The translations under genes and the position numbers were made by a program. The notes under the pieces are model-generated. The model was not told the DNA's origin and made no database searches. It worked only from the letters and a program-made list of their open reading frames with translations. Positions 1-8,491 of a stretch of DNA of 64,000 nt are shown here, one piece after another (position 1 is the stretch's first letter; the number at the start of each line of letters is the position of its first letter). Location of the stretch: positions 830 through 64,829 of IMG/VR virus record IMGVR_UViG_3300043409_000415; one strand, 5' to 3'. This stretch comes from a virus (taxonomy: Duplodnaviria; Caudoviricetes).

Positions 1-471
1 CATATTGGTGGATTGAACCTTGCGAGCACGGGCGAGCGCGGCATGGGGATAGTCCCCAAGGCACTCAATAATGGCGCTATATCGCTCGCCACAGTCTGGA
101 CCTGCAACGGTCCGGGCCCAGCGCTTTGACGCAGGGCCATCGGGCAATAAGCCCATCGCAGTGCAAACCGCACCATAAGTACTGTTTAACCCCATCGCAC
201 CATCAGCCGCATGCGATAGCTGCGCCAATAGCTCAAGAAAAACCTCAGCCGGGTCCGCGAGTTCCGGGCTGATCATTGTCTCGATACTGCCATCGGCAGA
301 CTCGATATCCGCATGGGTTTCCCCAAGGGTTCCACTGCGCGAGGCAGTATAGGGATACCCGCAGGTAACCCTTATCGCCTGGGCGATTGGTTGATTAGCT
401 GCGTCAAACATGGGGCGAAGCTCGGCCACCGCCGCATTGAGCCACTCTTCACGGGTAGTAAATAGAATCAT
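1..471 (-). CDS. SprT-like metalloprotease-fold protein, partial (runs off left edge), HExxH degenerate
   Basis: Not in ORF track. Manual translation from ATG 471 (RBS GAAGGTGA): MILFTTREEWLNAAVAELRPMF...IRVTCGYP...LGETH...ISPEL...LELLAQLSHAA...LGDYPHAAL; open to position 1. Confidence 0.6.
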   Translation of the reverse strand, partial: MILFTTREEWLNAAVAELRPMFDAANQPIAQAIRVTCGYPYTASRSGTLGETHADIESADGSIETMISPELADPAEVFLELLAQLSHAADGAMGLNSTYGAVCTAMGLLPDGPASKRWARTVAGPDCGERYSAIIECLGDYPHAALARARKVQSTNM

Positions 472-891
472 TTAAATCACCTTCAAACACTGCGGATTGC
501 AGTTGGCAAATACCATAAGAATCTGCCAACTAAAATCCCCTATTAGGGTAAACCCTACCCTCCCATCCCCTTCGCCCCCCGCAGGCATTTTCTGCGCTGC
601 TAGCGCTATTCGGGCATTTAGGCGATTGCATTTGTTCATCGCTTGCACCGCCTGCGATTGACTAGAGCTATTGGGTGCGAACATGCCAGCACCAGGGCAA
701 ACCATCGGCCAACTAGATGACAAGGTGCGCGCGCGGGGAGCATGGTCCGTGCCAGGGTTGGCAGGGTTTACACCTAAGCTAAGGGTAAGCACCTAGATAA
801 GGTCGAGCCGTTTAAAAGCCCGTAGAGCGCTTGAAACCCTCTACCCTTACAGACCCCTAGGGTGCTCTGCGTTGCACATTGTGAAACGACT

Positions 892-987
892 TTATGCACA
901 GGTTATCCCCAGGGTTATACAGTCTTTGTCCCCGGAATTGTCCACAGGGTCTTATATAAGAGTTGGTTATCCACAGGCTTATCCACA
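892..987 (+). promoter_or_regulatory. Array of co-oriented DnaA boxes
   Basis: TTATCCACA at 967-975 and 979-987 (perfect); TTATGCACA 892-900, TTATCCCCA 903-911, TTGTCCACA 938-946; weaker matches at 915 and 926. Confidence 0.75.
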
Positions 988-988
988 G

Positions 989-997
989 TGCTAGAAT
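989..997 (+). promoter_or_regulatory. Extended -10 promoter upstream of terS
   Basis: TGcTAGAAT; the -35 position is occupied by a DnaA box. Confidence 0.55.
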
Positions 998-1004
998 GCG
1001 AACA

Positions 1005-1024
1005 GACTGTATGGGTGTACAGTA
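1005..1024. promoter_or_regulatory. LexA (SOS) box, beta/gammaproteobacterial type
   Basis: gaCTGTatgggtgtACAGta = CTGT-N8-ACAG, lying between the -10 and the terS RBS. Confidence 0.65.
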
Positions 1025-1056
1025 CTGTGCTTTTAACCAGAATTGAGGAAAGCTAT

Positions 1057-1683
1057 ATGAGCAAGATCGGCAATAGGGATTACCTATCGGAGCTTGAAGG
1101 GCCCGAGCGCCAGGATGACGGGGATGGCCTGGACAGTGAGGTAGACGATAGCGAAGCGGCACAGTCAGCAAGATCCGCCCCAGGTCCGCACCGAAGACAA
1201 GATGGACAGGTATTAGGTTCTGCAGCGTCAAGATTGAAACCATTAACACCAGCGCAACTAATGTTTGCCCAAGGCGTTATAGCTGGGCAAACCCTTCGCC
1301 AAGCGTATAAGGATGCATACCCTGGTGACAACACAAGTGATCAAGCTATAAGCGCCTCAGCATGGCGATTAAGTAAACGCCCCAAGGTCGCTGCTATGTT
1401 AGAGGCGGCTTGGGGTCAGACCGCTGAGGTTCTATCGTCTGACCTTGCAGCTACTAGGTTATGGGTTATGAGACAGTTGGTTGCACATAGTCGCGAAGAC
1501 AAACAGGAAGGCTCACGCCTCAAAGCACTAGAGCTACTCGGCAAAGCATCAGGGGTATTCACCCAAGCCACAGTAATCGCACCCGAGGCAGTAACCGCCG
1601 ATCAGTTAAAGAAAGAGTTGAGCGGACACCTAAAGCTATTGGACAACGTCAAGCCTATCAAGACAGGGACAGATAAGGGCTAG
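1057..1683 (+). CDS. terS: Terminase small subunit
   Basis: LTPAQLMFAQGV...QAYKDAY...ASAWRLSKRPKV HTH and RLKALELLGK motif; RBS GAGGA before ATG 1057 (ORF track start 862 is over-extended). Confidence 0.75.
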   Translation: MSKIGNRDYLSELEGPERQDDGDGLDSEVDDSEAAQSARSAPGPHRRQDGQVLGSAASRLKPLTPAQLMFAQGVIAGQTLRQAYKDAYPGDNTSDQAISASAWRLSKRPKVAAMLEAAWGQTAEVLSSDLAATRLWVMRQLVAHSREDKQEGSRLKALELLGKASGVFTQATVIAPEAVTADQLKKELSGHLKLLDNVKPIKTGTDKG

Positions 1684-1903
1684 CAGTATGGGCGATGGGG
1701 TATGGTGATGATGTAAATGAGGGGGTGAAGAGGGTTAAATGGGGATGTGCTGGACCCACCCACCGGAGGGGGGCCCCGATGTACCGCTCGTCACCCGTCA
1801 GCCTGTAACGCTGTAATCCACTCATCCCATACAAAGTGTACGCATCACCCCCCCCTTTCCTCCCCACCTCCCCACCCCCCCTACATATATTTTTAGAAAA
1901 CAA

Positions 1904-1933
1904 TTGTATGCAGATACACTTGTATGCTACACT
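1904..1933 (+). promoter_or_regulatory. Sigma70-like promoter
   Basis: TTGTAT-N18-TACACT with extended TG, followed by AAGGAG RBS and ATG 1951. Confidence 0.55.
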
Positions 1934-1950
1934 GATTTAAAGGAGAGATC

Positions 1951-2142
1951 ATGGCAAAAGACGAACTATGGAAATCGGTTAAGCCTGGGCTGAACTACCT
2001 TGTAGTAGGGCATGACAAGAGTTGTTCGGGATGGGGTTACCCAGAGCTTTGTAAGTGTGAAATAAGGTATGAGCTTGTTACGAAAGAAGAATACGAGCTG
2101 GCTTTAGAAGAGCAAAAGCTCTTGGAGGAGGAAGGTGATTGA
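1951..2142 (+). CDS. Hypothetical protein
   Basis: 63 aa, strong RBS, H-x2-SC-x8-CKC possible metal-binding motif. Confidence 0.6.
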   Translation: MAKDELWKSVKPGLNYLVVGHDKSCSGWGYPELCKCEIRYELVTKEEYELALEEQKLLEEEGD

Positions 2143-2311
2143 TGATTACGCAATGCCCACGATGATGGCAGAGAACGCATTAAAGGAGCTTCACTGGGCT
2201 GCTTGCAAGAGGGACTATGACAAGGCTTTAGATGAGTCATGGAAGGCTTTGGAGGCTTGTAAAGAGATCTACAGGGCTTTGGCAAAGATGAAGGAGAGGG
2301 ATAAGGAATGA
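2135..2311 (+). CDS. Hypothetical helical protein (58 aa)
   Basis: Manual: GTG start after GGAGGA, VIDDYAMPTMMAENALKELH...; stop overlaps next ATG (ATGA). Confidence 0.55.
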   Translation: MIDDYAMPTMMAENALKELHWAACKRDYDKALDESWKALEACKEIYRALAKMKERDKE

Positions 2312-2538
2312 CTCCGAGATGGCAGATTGTTCTAGATTTCATCAAGGCTTACACAAAGATCCACGGGATTGGGCCTTCCTACGCGGTATTGGCAAGTGGG
2401 TTGAAGATGAAATCTAGGGCAAACATGCACAGGATTGTGATGAGATTAGAGAAGGATGGGCATTTGGAGACCAAGACCAGGAAGTATTACTCTATTAAGT
2501 TAGTGGACAAGTCTATTAACGATATAGTGAACCTATGA
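2308..2538 (+). CDS. LexA-like winged-HTH DNA-binding protein lacking the peptidase domain
   Basis: MTPRWQIVLDFIKAY...GIGPSYAVLASGLKMKSRANMHRIVMRLEKDGHL...SIKL matches the LexA N-terminal domain pattern; only 76 aa. Confidence 0.75.
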   Translation: MTPRWQIVLDFIKAYTKIHGIGPSYAVLASGLKMKSRANMHRIVMRLEKDGHLETKTRKYYSIKLVDKSINDIVNL

Positions 2539-4031
2539 CATTGCTCACTAAGAAAGAGATCGCGGGGTACTTGGCTATAGTGGACAAGGTACCTGAGAAC
2601 GAGAGAAACAAGATCTTTGCGCTTATGGAGATGGACAGGGTTGAGCGTTGTAGGGAATCCTATCTTTTCTTTGTTCAACAGATGTGGCCCATTTTTATCT
2701 CAGGCAAGCATCACCAGATCATGGCAGATGCTTTTGAAAGGGTGGCTTCTGGGGATTTGAAGAGGTTAATCATCAATATGCCTCCTAGGCATACCAAGTC
2801 AGAGTTTGCGTCCTTTCTTCTTCCTTCTTGGTTTTTAGGGAAGTTCCCTGAGAAGAAGATCATCCAAACGGCGCACACCGCAGAGCTAGCAGTGGGTTTT
2901 GGCCGGAAGGTCAGGAACTTAGTATCTTCAGAGCAGTACTCTAAAGTCTTTGATACCAAGCTTTCTAGTGATTCCAAAGCAGCAGGCAGATGGAACACTG
3001 ATAAGGGGGGAGATTACTTCGCTATTGGTGTTGGAGGTGCTGTAACGGGTAAGGGCGCTGATCTTTTGATCATTGATGACCCTCACAGTGAGCAAGAAGC
3101 TAAGCAGGGTAACCCTGCCATCTTTGATAACGTGTATGAGTGGTACACATCAGGTCCAAGACAGCGTCTTCAGCCTGGGGGCGCGATCATCATTGTTATG
3201 ACCCGATGGTCAAAGCGTGATCTGACGGGTCAAATTCTTAAGTCTTCTAGTAAAACAGGCGTAGATGACTGGGAAATCATAGAATTCCCGGCAATTCTTC
3301 CTTCGGGCACTCCCTTATGGCCTGCGTTCTGGAGTAAAGAGGAGCTTGAGGCTCTTAAAGCTGAACTTCCTGTGTCCAAATGGGAGGCGCAGTACCAACA
3401 GAACCCTACTTCGGAAGAAGGGGCGATCATTAAGAGGGATCAATGGCAGATATGGAAGCATGAAGATCCTCCAGAGTGCAGTTATGTAATTCAATCCTGG
3501 GATACAGCGTTTGAGAAGACCAACAGGTCAGACTATTCTGCTTGTACGACATGGGGAGTCTTTACACACCCTGATAAGCATGGGAATCTCAAGCAAAACA
3601 TCATCTTGCTGAACGCTTTTAAAGAGCGGATGGAGTTCCCGGACCTAAAGAAAGCTGCTTTAGAGATGTGGCTTGAATGGAAACCTGACACCTTGATCGT
3701 TGAGAAGAAAGCCGCTGGCGCTCCTCTTATCTATGAGATGAGGAAGATGGGTATCCCCTTGTCTGAGTACACACCGGGCAAAGGAAGCGATAAGATAGCC
3801 CGTGTAAACTCTATATCTGACCTTTTTGCTTCTGGAATTGTGTGGTGTCCAGAGAAAAGGTGGGCAGATGAGGTTATGGAAGAGATGGCCTCTTTCCCCA
3901 ATGGGGACCATGATGACCTTGTGGACTCTTCTAGTCAGGCCTTGATCAGGTTCAGGCAGGGTGGATTTATCACCATCGAATCTGACGAGAAAGATTACGA
4001 TCTCCCCCGGCGACGGGTCGAATACTACTAA
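2535..4031 (+). CDS. terL: Terminase large subunit
   Basis: Walker A IINMPPRHTKSE, Walker B LIIDDP, nuclease QSWDTA and FPNGDHDDLVDS. Confidence 0.95.
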   Translation: MTLLTKKEIAGYLAIVDKVPENERNKIFALMEMDRVERCRESYLFFVQQMWPIFISGKHHQIMADAFERVASGDLKRLIINMPPRHTKSEFASFLLPSWFLGKFPEKKIIQTAHTAELAVGFGRKVRNLVSSEQYSKVFDTKLSSDSKAAGRWNTDKGGDYFAIGVGGAVTGKGADLLIIDDPHSEQEAKQGNPAIFDNVYEWYTSGPRQRLQPGGAIIIVMTRWSKRDLTGQILKSSSKTGVDDWEIIEFPAILPSGTPLWPAFWSKEELEALKAELPVSKWEAQYQQNPTSEEGAIIKRDQWQIWKHEDPPECSYVIQSWDTAFEKTNRSDYSACTTWGVFTHPDKHGNLKQNIILLNAFKERMEFPDLKKAALEMWLEWKPDTLIVEKKAAGAPLIYEMRKMGIPLSEYTPGKGSDKIARVNSISDLFASGIVWCPEKRWADEVMEEMASFPNGDHDDLVDSSSQALIRFRQGGFITIESDEKDYDLPRRRVEYY

Positions 4032-4040
4032 GGATTAAAG

Positions 4041-6503
4041 ATGGCTACGAACTTTGACAAAGCTATGGTTCCCTACAGCACAGACGCAGGGATGGACGAA
4101 GGCCCGGACATTGAGATTGAGATTGATAACCCAGATGCTGTTCATATTGGCATGGATGGGTTGGAAATTGACATTATTCCGGACGGAGAAGGTGATTTTG
4201 ATGCTAACTTAGCTGAAGAAATGACCAGCGGGGAGCTTCAGTCCATTGCTTCTGAGCTAATTGATCTTGTTGAGACTGACATTAACAGCCGCAAAGACTG
4301 GGTTGATGCGTTCGTTAAAGGCCTAGATGTTCTAGGAATGAAGTATGAAGAGCGTACAGAGCCCTGGAATGGGGCTTGTGGAGTCTTTTCAACCCTTCTT
4401 TCTGAAGCTGCGATCAGGTTCCAAGCTGAGATGATCACCGAGACTTTCCCGGCACAAGGCCCGGTGAAGACCCAGATCATCGGGGCGATAGACAAGATGA
4501 AGGAAGAAGCAGCGGAACGTGTCAAAGATGACATGAACTACCAATTGACAGAGGTGATGACCGAATATCGCCCGGAGCATGAGCGACTTCTGTATAGCTT
4601 AGGACTATCCGGCGCGGCATTTAAGAAGGTCTACTACGATCCCGCCCAAGGACGGCAGACTGCGATCTTCCTTCCTGCTGAAGATATGGTCATGCCTTAC
4701 GGGGCAAGCAACATATACAACGCAGAACGGGTTACCCATGTAATGCGCAAGACGCAGAACGAAGTTAGGAAACTGCAAGTTGCAGGGTTCTATCTGGATG
4801 TGGATCTAGGAGATCCGGTCCATATCTTCTCTGACGTTGAAAAGAAAAAGGCAGAAGAGCAAGGGTATTCCCTTAGTGACGATGACCGTTATCAATTGCT
4901 TGAGATCCATGCGGACTTTGATCTGCCTGGATTTGAGGATGAAGATGGTATAGCATTGCCTTACGTTATTACTATCGAGCGAGGGACGCAGGAAGTATTG
5001 TCAATTCGCCGGAATTGGGAGCAAGATGACAAACAAAGACTCAAGCGTCAACACTTTGTTCAGTACACTTATATTCCTGGTTTCGGTGCTTATGGCTTGG
5101 GCCTTATTCATCTTATTGGTGGGTATGCTAGGGCTGGTACTTCTCTTATTCGTCAGCTAGTTGACGCGGGTTCCCTTAGTAACCTGCCGGGTGGTTTGAA
5201 AGCCCGTGGCTTGAGGATTAAAGGAGATGACACTCCTATTGCTCCGGGCGAGTTTAGGGATGTAGACGTTCCTAGCGGGACTGTGCGTGACAACATCATG
5301 CCGCTTCCCTATAAGGAACCTAGCCAAACTCTGCTTGCTTTGCTGAACCAGATCACTGAAGAGGGCCGGAGGCTCGGTGCTATCAGCGATATGAACATCA
5401 GCGACATGAGTTCTAACGCTCCTGTCGGAACCACCCTGGCGTTGCTTGAGCGCACTTTAAAGACCATGAGCGCTGTTCAGGCTCGTGTCCATGCCTCCAT
5501 GAGGATGGAATTTAAACTTCTCCGAGGGATCATCCGCGACTTTGCCCCTACGTCATATAGCTATACGCCAGAAAGCGGTGACCGTAAGGCCAAGCAATCG
5601 GATTACGACACGACGGAAGTTATCCCTGTTAGCGATCCAAACGCAGCCACGATGGCTCAGCGGATCATGCAGTATCAAGCTGCTATTCAATTGGCCCAGG
5701 GCGCTCCTCAGATCTATGACCTTCCCCAACTTCACCGGCAGATGTTGGAAGTGCTGGGAATCAAGAACGCAGATAAGCTTGTTCCAATTGAGGATGACCA
5801 AACGCCAAAAGACCCAATCAGCGAGAACATGGCATTTCTTGTGGGCAAGCCGACCAAAGCCTTTATATATCAAGACCATGATGCACATATCTCCACGCAC
5901 ATGGCAATGATGCAAGACCCTTCTGTAATGGCAATGATCGGGCAAAGCCCTATGGCTCAGCAAGTCCAAGGGGCAATTCAGTCTCATATTGCTCAGCACT
6001 TGGCCTTTGCTTACCGGGCAAATGTGGAAAAGCAGTTGGGAGTTGAGATCCCCGCTCCTGATTCTGAACTCACCCCCGATGAGGAAGTGCAGTTGTCTAG
6101 GCTAGTGGCAAAAGCTTCTCAACAATTGGCCCAGGTTAACCAGCAAAAAGCCCAGCAGCAACAGGCTCTGCAAAAGGCTCAAGACCCGGTGATGCAGCTT
6201 CAACAAGCTGAACTCCAGATTCAACAGCAGGATTTGCAGCGCAAGCAGCAGAAAGACCTAGCCGATAACCAGCTAGCTCAACAGCGCTTGGCCCTCGATG
6301 CACAGCGGATTCAAGCTGACATTGAGAAGGAAAAGATGCGGGTTCAGTCTGATGCACATAAGTATGTTGTGCAAAACCAGAATGATTCACAAAATGAATC
6401 TATGAGGCTAGCTGCGCAACAACGCCAACATAACCAAAAGATCCAAGCAGATCTGGTTAATAACCTTACCCGAAACCAAACTCAAAAGCCTGGGGTTAAA
6501 TGA
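4041..6503 (+). CDS. Portal protein (P22-like, long C-terminal coiled-coil barrel)
   Basis: 820 aa directly after terL; GAAFKKVYYD and YGLGLIHLIGG motifs; Q-rich C-terminus. Confidence 0.85.
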   Translation: MATNFDKAMVPYSTDAGMDEGPDIEIEIDNPDAVHIGMDGLEIDIIPDGEGDFDANLAEEMTSGELQSIASELIDLVETDINSRKDWVDAFVKGLDVLGMKYEERTEPWNGACGVFSTLLSEAAIRFQAEMITETFPAQGPVKTQIIGAIDKMKEEAAERVKDDMNYQLTEVMTEYRPEHERLLYSLGLSGAAFKKVYYDPAQGRQTAIFLPAEDMVMPYGASNIYNAERVTHVMRKTQNEVRKLQVAGFYLDVDLGDPVHIFSDVEKKKAEEQGYSLSDDDRYQLLEIHADFDLPGFEDEDGIALPYVITIERGTQEVLSIRRNWEQDDKQRLKRQHFVQYTYIPGFGAYGLGLIHLIGGYARAGTSLIRQLVDAGSLSNLPGGLKARGLRIKGDDTPIAPGEFRDVDVPSGTVRDNIMPLPYKEPSQTLLALLNQITEEGRRLGAISDMNISDMSSNAPVGTTLALLERTLKTMSAVQARVHASMRMEFKLLRGIIRDFAPTSYSYTPESGDRKAKQSDYDTTEVIPVSDPNAATMAQRIMQYQAAIQLAQGAPQIYDLPQLHRQMLEVLGIKNADKLVPIEDDQTPKDPISENMAFLVGKPTKAFIYQDHDAHISTHMAMMQDPSVMAMIGQSPMAQQVQGAIQSHIAQHLAFAYRANVEKQLGVEIPAPDSELTPDEEVQLSRLVAKASQQLAQVNQQKAQQQQALQKAQDPVMQLQQAELQIQQQDLQRKQQKDLADNQLAQQRLALDAQRIQADIEKEKMRVQSDAHKYVVQNQNDSQNESMRLAAQQRQHNQKIQADLVNNLTRNQTQKPGVK

Positions 6504-6694
6504 TGGATAAGTATCTAGACTATCTAGTTAAACAGATTAAAGACAGGCAAGAGCATTTAACTGAGGCATTGGCCGATGGTGCGGCTAAGTCCTACGATGG
6601 ATATGTAATGTTGGTGGGGGAGATCCGGGGTCTTTCCTTCACACAACAATGTGTAAATGACCTCGTGCGTAAATTGGAACATGATGATGAGTGA
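6500..6694 (+). CDS. Small head-cluster protein
   Basis: 64 aa, YVMLVGEIRGL, translationally coupled between portal and groES. Confidence 0.7.
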   Translation: MMDKYLDYLVKQIKDRQEHLTEALADGAAKSYDGYVMLVGEIRGLSFTQQCVNDLVRKLEHDDE

Positions 6695-7091
6695 AACCTT
6701 GATAGCACCTAGTTTGTTTAGTATTCCCGCATCTTTGCCAGATGTAACTATGGATAAGGCTAAGCAATTACCTGAACCAGCTACCTATCATCTACTTTGT
6801 GTTATTCCGGAAACTGAGGAGAAATACGACAGTGGATTGATTAAATCTGGTCAGACTATGCACTTTGAAGAGGTGCTATCCCCTGTTTTATTCGTAGTTA
6901 AGATGGGTCCAGATTGCTATGGCGATAAGAAACGCTTTCCTAGTGGGGCTTCTTGCAAGGTTGGAGATTTCGTTCTGGTGCGTCCTAACTCAGGCACTAG
7001 GGTGAAAATCCACGGGCGGGAGTTCCGCATCATCAACGATGACTCAGTTGAGGCAATTGTTGAAGATCCCCGTGGCATTAGCCGCGCATAA
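6687..7091 (+). CDS. groES: GroES/Cpn10-like co-chaperonin
   Basis: SGLIK mobile loop, VVKMGPDCY, CKVGDFVLV...GTRVKIHGREFRIINDDSVEAIV. Confidence 0.85.
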   Translation: MSETLIAPSLFSIPASLPDVTMDKAKQLPEPATYHLLCVIPETEEKYDSGLIKSGQTMHFEEVLSPVLFVVKMGPDCYGDKKRFPSGASCKVGDFVLVRPNSGTRVKIHGREFRIINDDSVEAIVEDPRGISRA

Positions 7092-7100
7092 GGAGCAATC

Positions 7101-8033
7101 ATGGCAGATACCGACTTTAAATTTCCCGATGAGCAAGTGGTTAACAATAAGGAAACCGCAGGAACGGAAATAGAAATAGAGATCGCAGAAGACACGCCAG
7201 AAGATGATCGTCACCATACCCCTGCTCAAATGGCAGAAGCTCCGGCTGAAGCATCAGATGAAGAGCTAGGACAGTACAGCGAGAGCGTCAGGAAGCGTAT
7301 CCAGCGCTTTTCTAGGGGATACCATGAAGAGCGCCGATCTAAAGAAGCTGCCGTTCGGGAGCGGGAAGAGGCTGTAAATCTCGCACGAAACCTTGTCGAA
7401 GAGAATAAACGCCTGCAAGGATCTCTTGGTCAAGGACAAGCCGCTTTACTAGATCAAGCGCAGAAAGCAGCAGGTATTGACCTTAATACCGCAGAGCGAG
7501 AAGTAAAGGCTGCTTATGAGGCTGGAGATTCAGAAGCCTTTGTAAAGGCTAATACAGCCCTAACAAAAGCAACAATTAAGGCAGATCATGTAAATAACAT
7601 CAAGTTACCCCCTTTACAAGACCGTGAAGTTGATGTACAAACGCAATCACGGGCTGTAAATGCACCATCAGTTCCTCAAGTCGATACCAAAGCAAGAGCG
7701 TGGCAGGACAAAAATCCTTGGTTTGGGTCAGATGATGAGATGACTGCTGTTGCGTTAACAGTACACAAAAAACTTGTTGAAAGCAATATTGACCCTACCA
7801 GCGATGAGTACTACGAGAAAATCAACTCCCGTGTACAACAGCTTTTCCCAGATGCGTTCACCTCTGAGAAACCTGTCAAAAAGTCAACGGTCGTGGCAAG
7901 TGCTACCCGCAGTACAGCACCGCGCAAAATCGTGCTAACTCAATCACAAGTCAATATCGCCAAGCGGCTAGGTGTTCCGTTGGAAGCTTATGCTAAGCAG
8001 GTTGCGTCAGATTTAAGGAAACAGAATGGCTGA
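7101..8033 (+). CDS. Capsid scaffolding protein
   Basis: Acidic N-terminus, coiled coil, WQDKNPWFG, C-terminal AKRLGVPLEAYAK; position upstream of capsid. Confidence 0.7.
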   Translation: MADTDFKFPDEQVVNNKETAGTEIEIEIAEDTPEDDRHHTPAQMAEAPAEASDEELGQYSESVRKRIQRFSRGYHEERRSKEAAVREREEAVNLARNLVEENKRLQGSLGQGQAALLDQAQKAAGIDLNTAEREVKAAYEAGDSEAFVKANTALTKATIKADHVNNIKLPPLQDREVDVQTQSRAVNAPSVPQVDTKARAWQDKNPWFGSDDEMTAVALTVHKKLVESNIDPTSDEYYEKINSRVQQLFPDAFTSEKPVKKSTVVASATRSTAPRKIVLTQSQVNIAKRLGVPLEAYAKQVASDLRKQNG

Positions 8034-8475
8034 TATCCGTACCCCCCGAGAACTTGAAACCCGTGCAATCTTTGAGCGCCCTAAAAGCTGGGCACCTCCA
8101 GAGAAGCTCCCTAGTCCTAACCCCGTCCCTGGTTATGACTTTCGATGGGTTCGTGTTAGTACGTTAGGCACAGATGATCCCATGAACATTTCTGGAAAGC
8201 TACGCGAAGGCTGGGAACCTGTTAAAGCAGCAGATCACCCTGAACTAGGCATTATGGCTATCGGTCGTGGCCGGTATCCGGACAGTGTCGAAATCGGCGG
8301 ATTGATGCTTTGCAAAATCCCGAAGGAGTTTATGGAACAGCGTGCTGCGTACTATCAACAGCAATCTGATACCCAAATGAACTCGATTGACAATAACTTC
8401 ATGCGCGAAAACGATCCTCGTATGCCTCTCTTTAAAGAGCGAAGCAGCAAGGTTAGTTTTGGCAAAGGTATTTAA
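8026..8475 (+). CDS. Conserved head-cluster protein
   Basis: PGYDFRWVRV...LREGWEPV...GGLMLCKIP. Confidence 0.7.
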   Translation: MADIRTPRELETRAIFERPKSWAPPEKLPSPNPVPGYDFRWVRVSTLGTDDPMNISGKLREGWEPVKAADHPELGIMAIGRGRYPDSVEIGGLMLCKIPKEFMEQRAAYYQQQSDTQMNSIDNNFMRENDPRMPLFKERSSKVSFGKGI

Positions 8476-8491
8476 CTTACAGGAGTCTTAA

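Noticed and set aside
472-1056. ORFs 472-792 (-), 857-1249 (-) and the N-terminal extension of terS from 862
   Set aside because: The region is filled with DnaA boxes, an SOS box and palindromes; no RBS and no protein-like features. The terS RBS points to ATG 1057.
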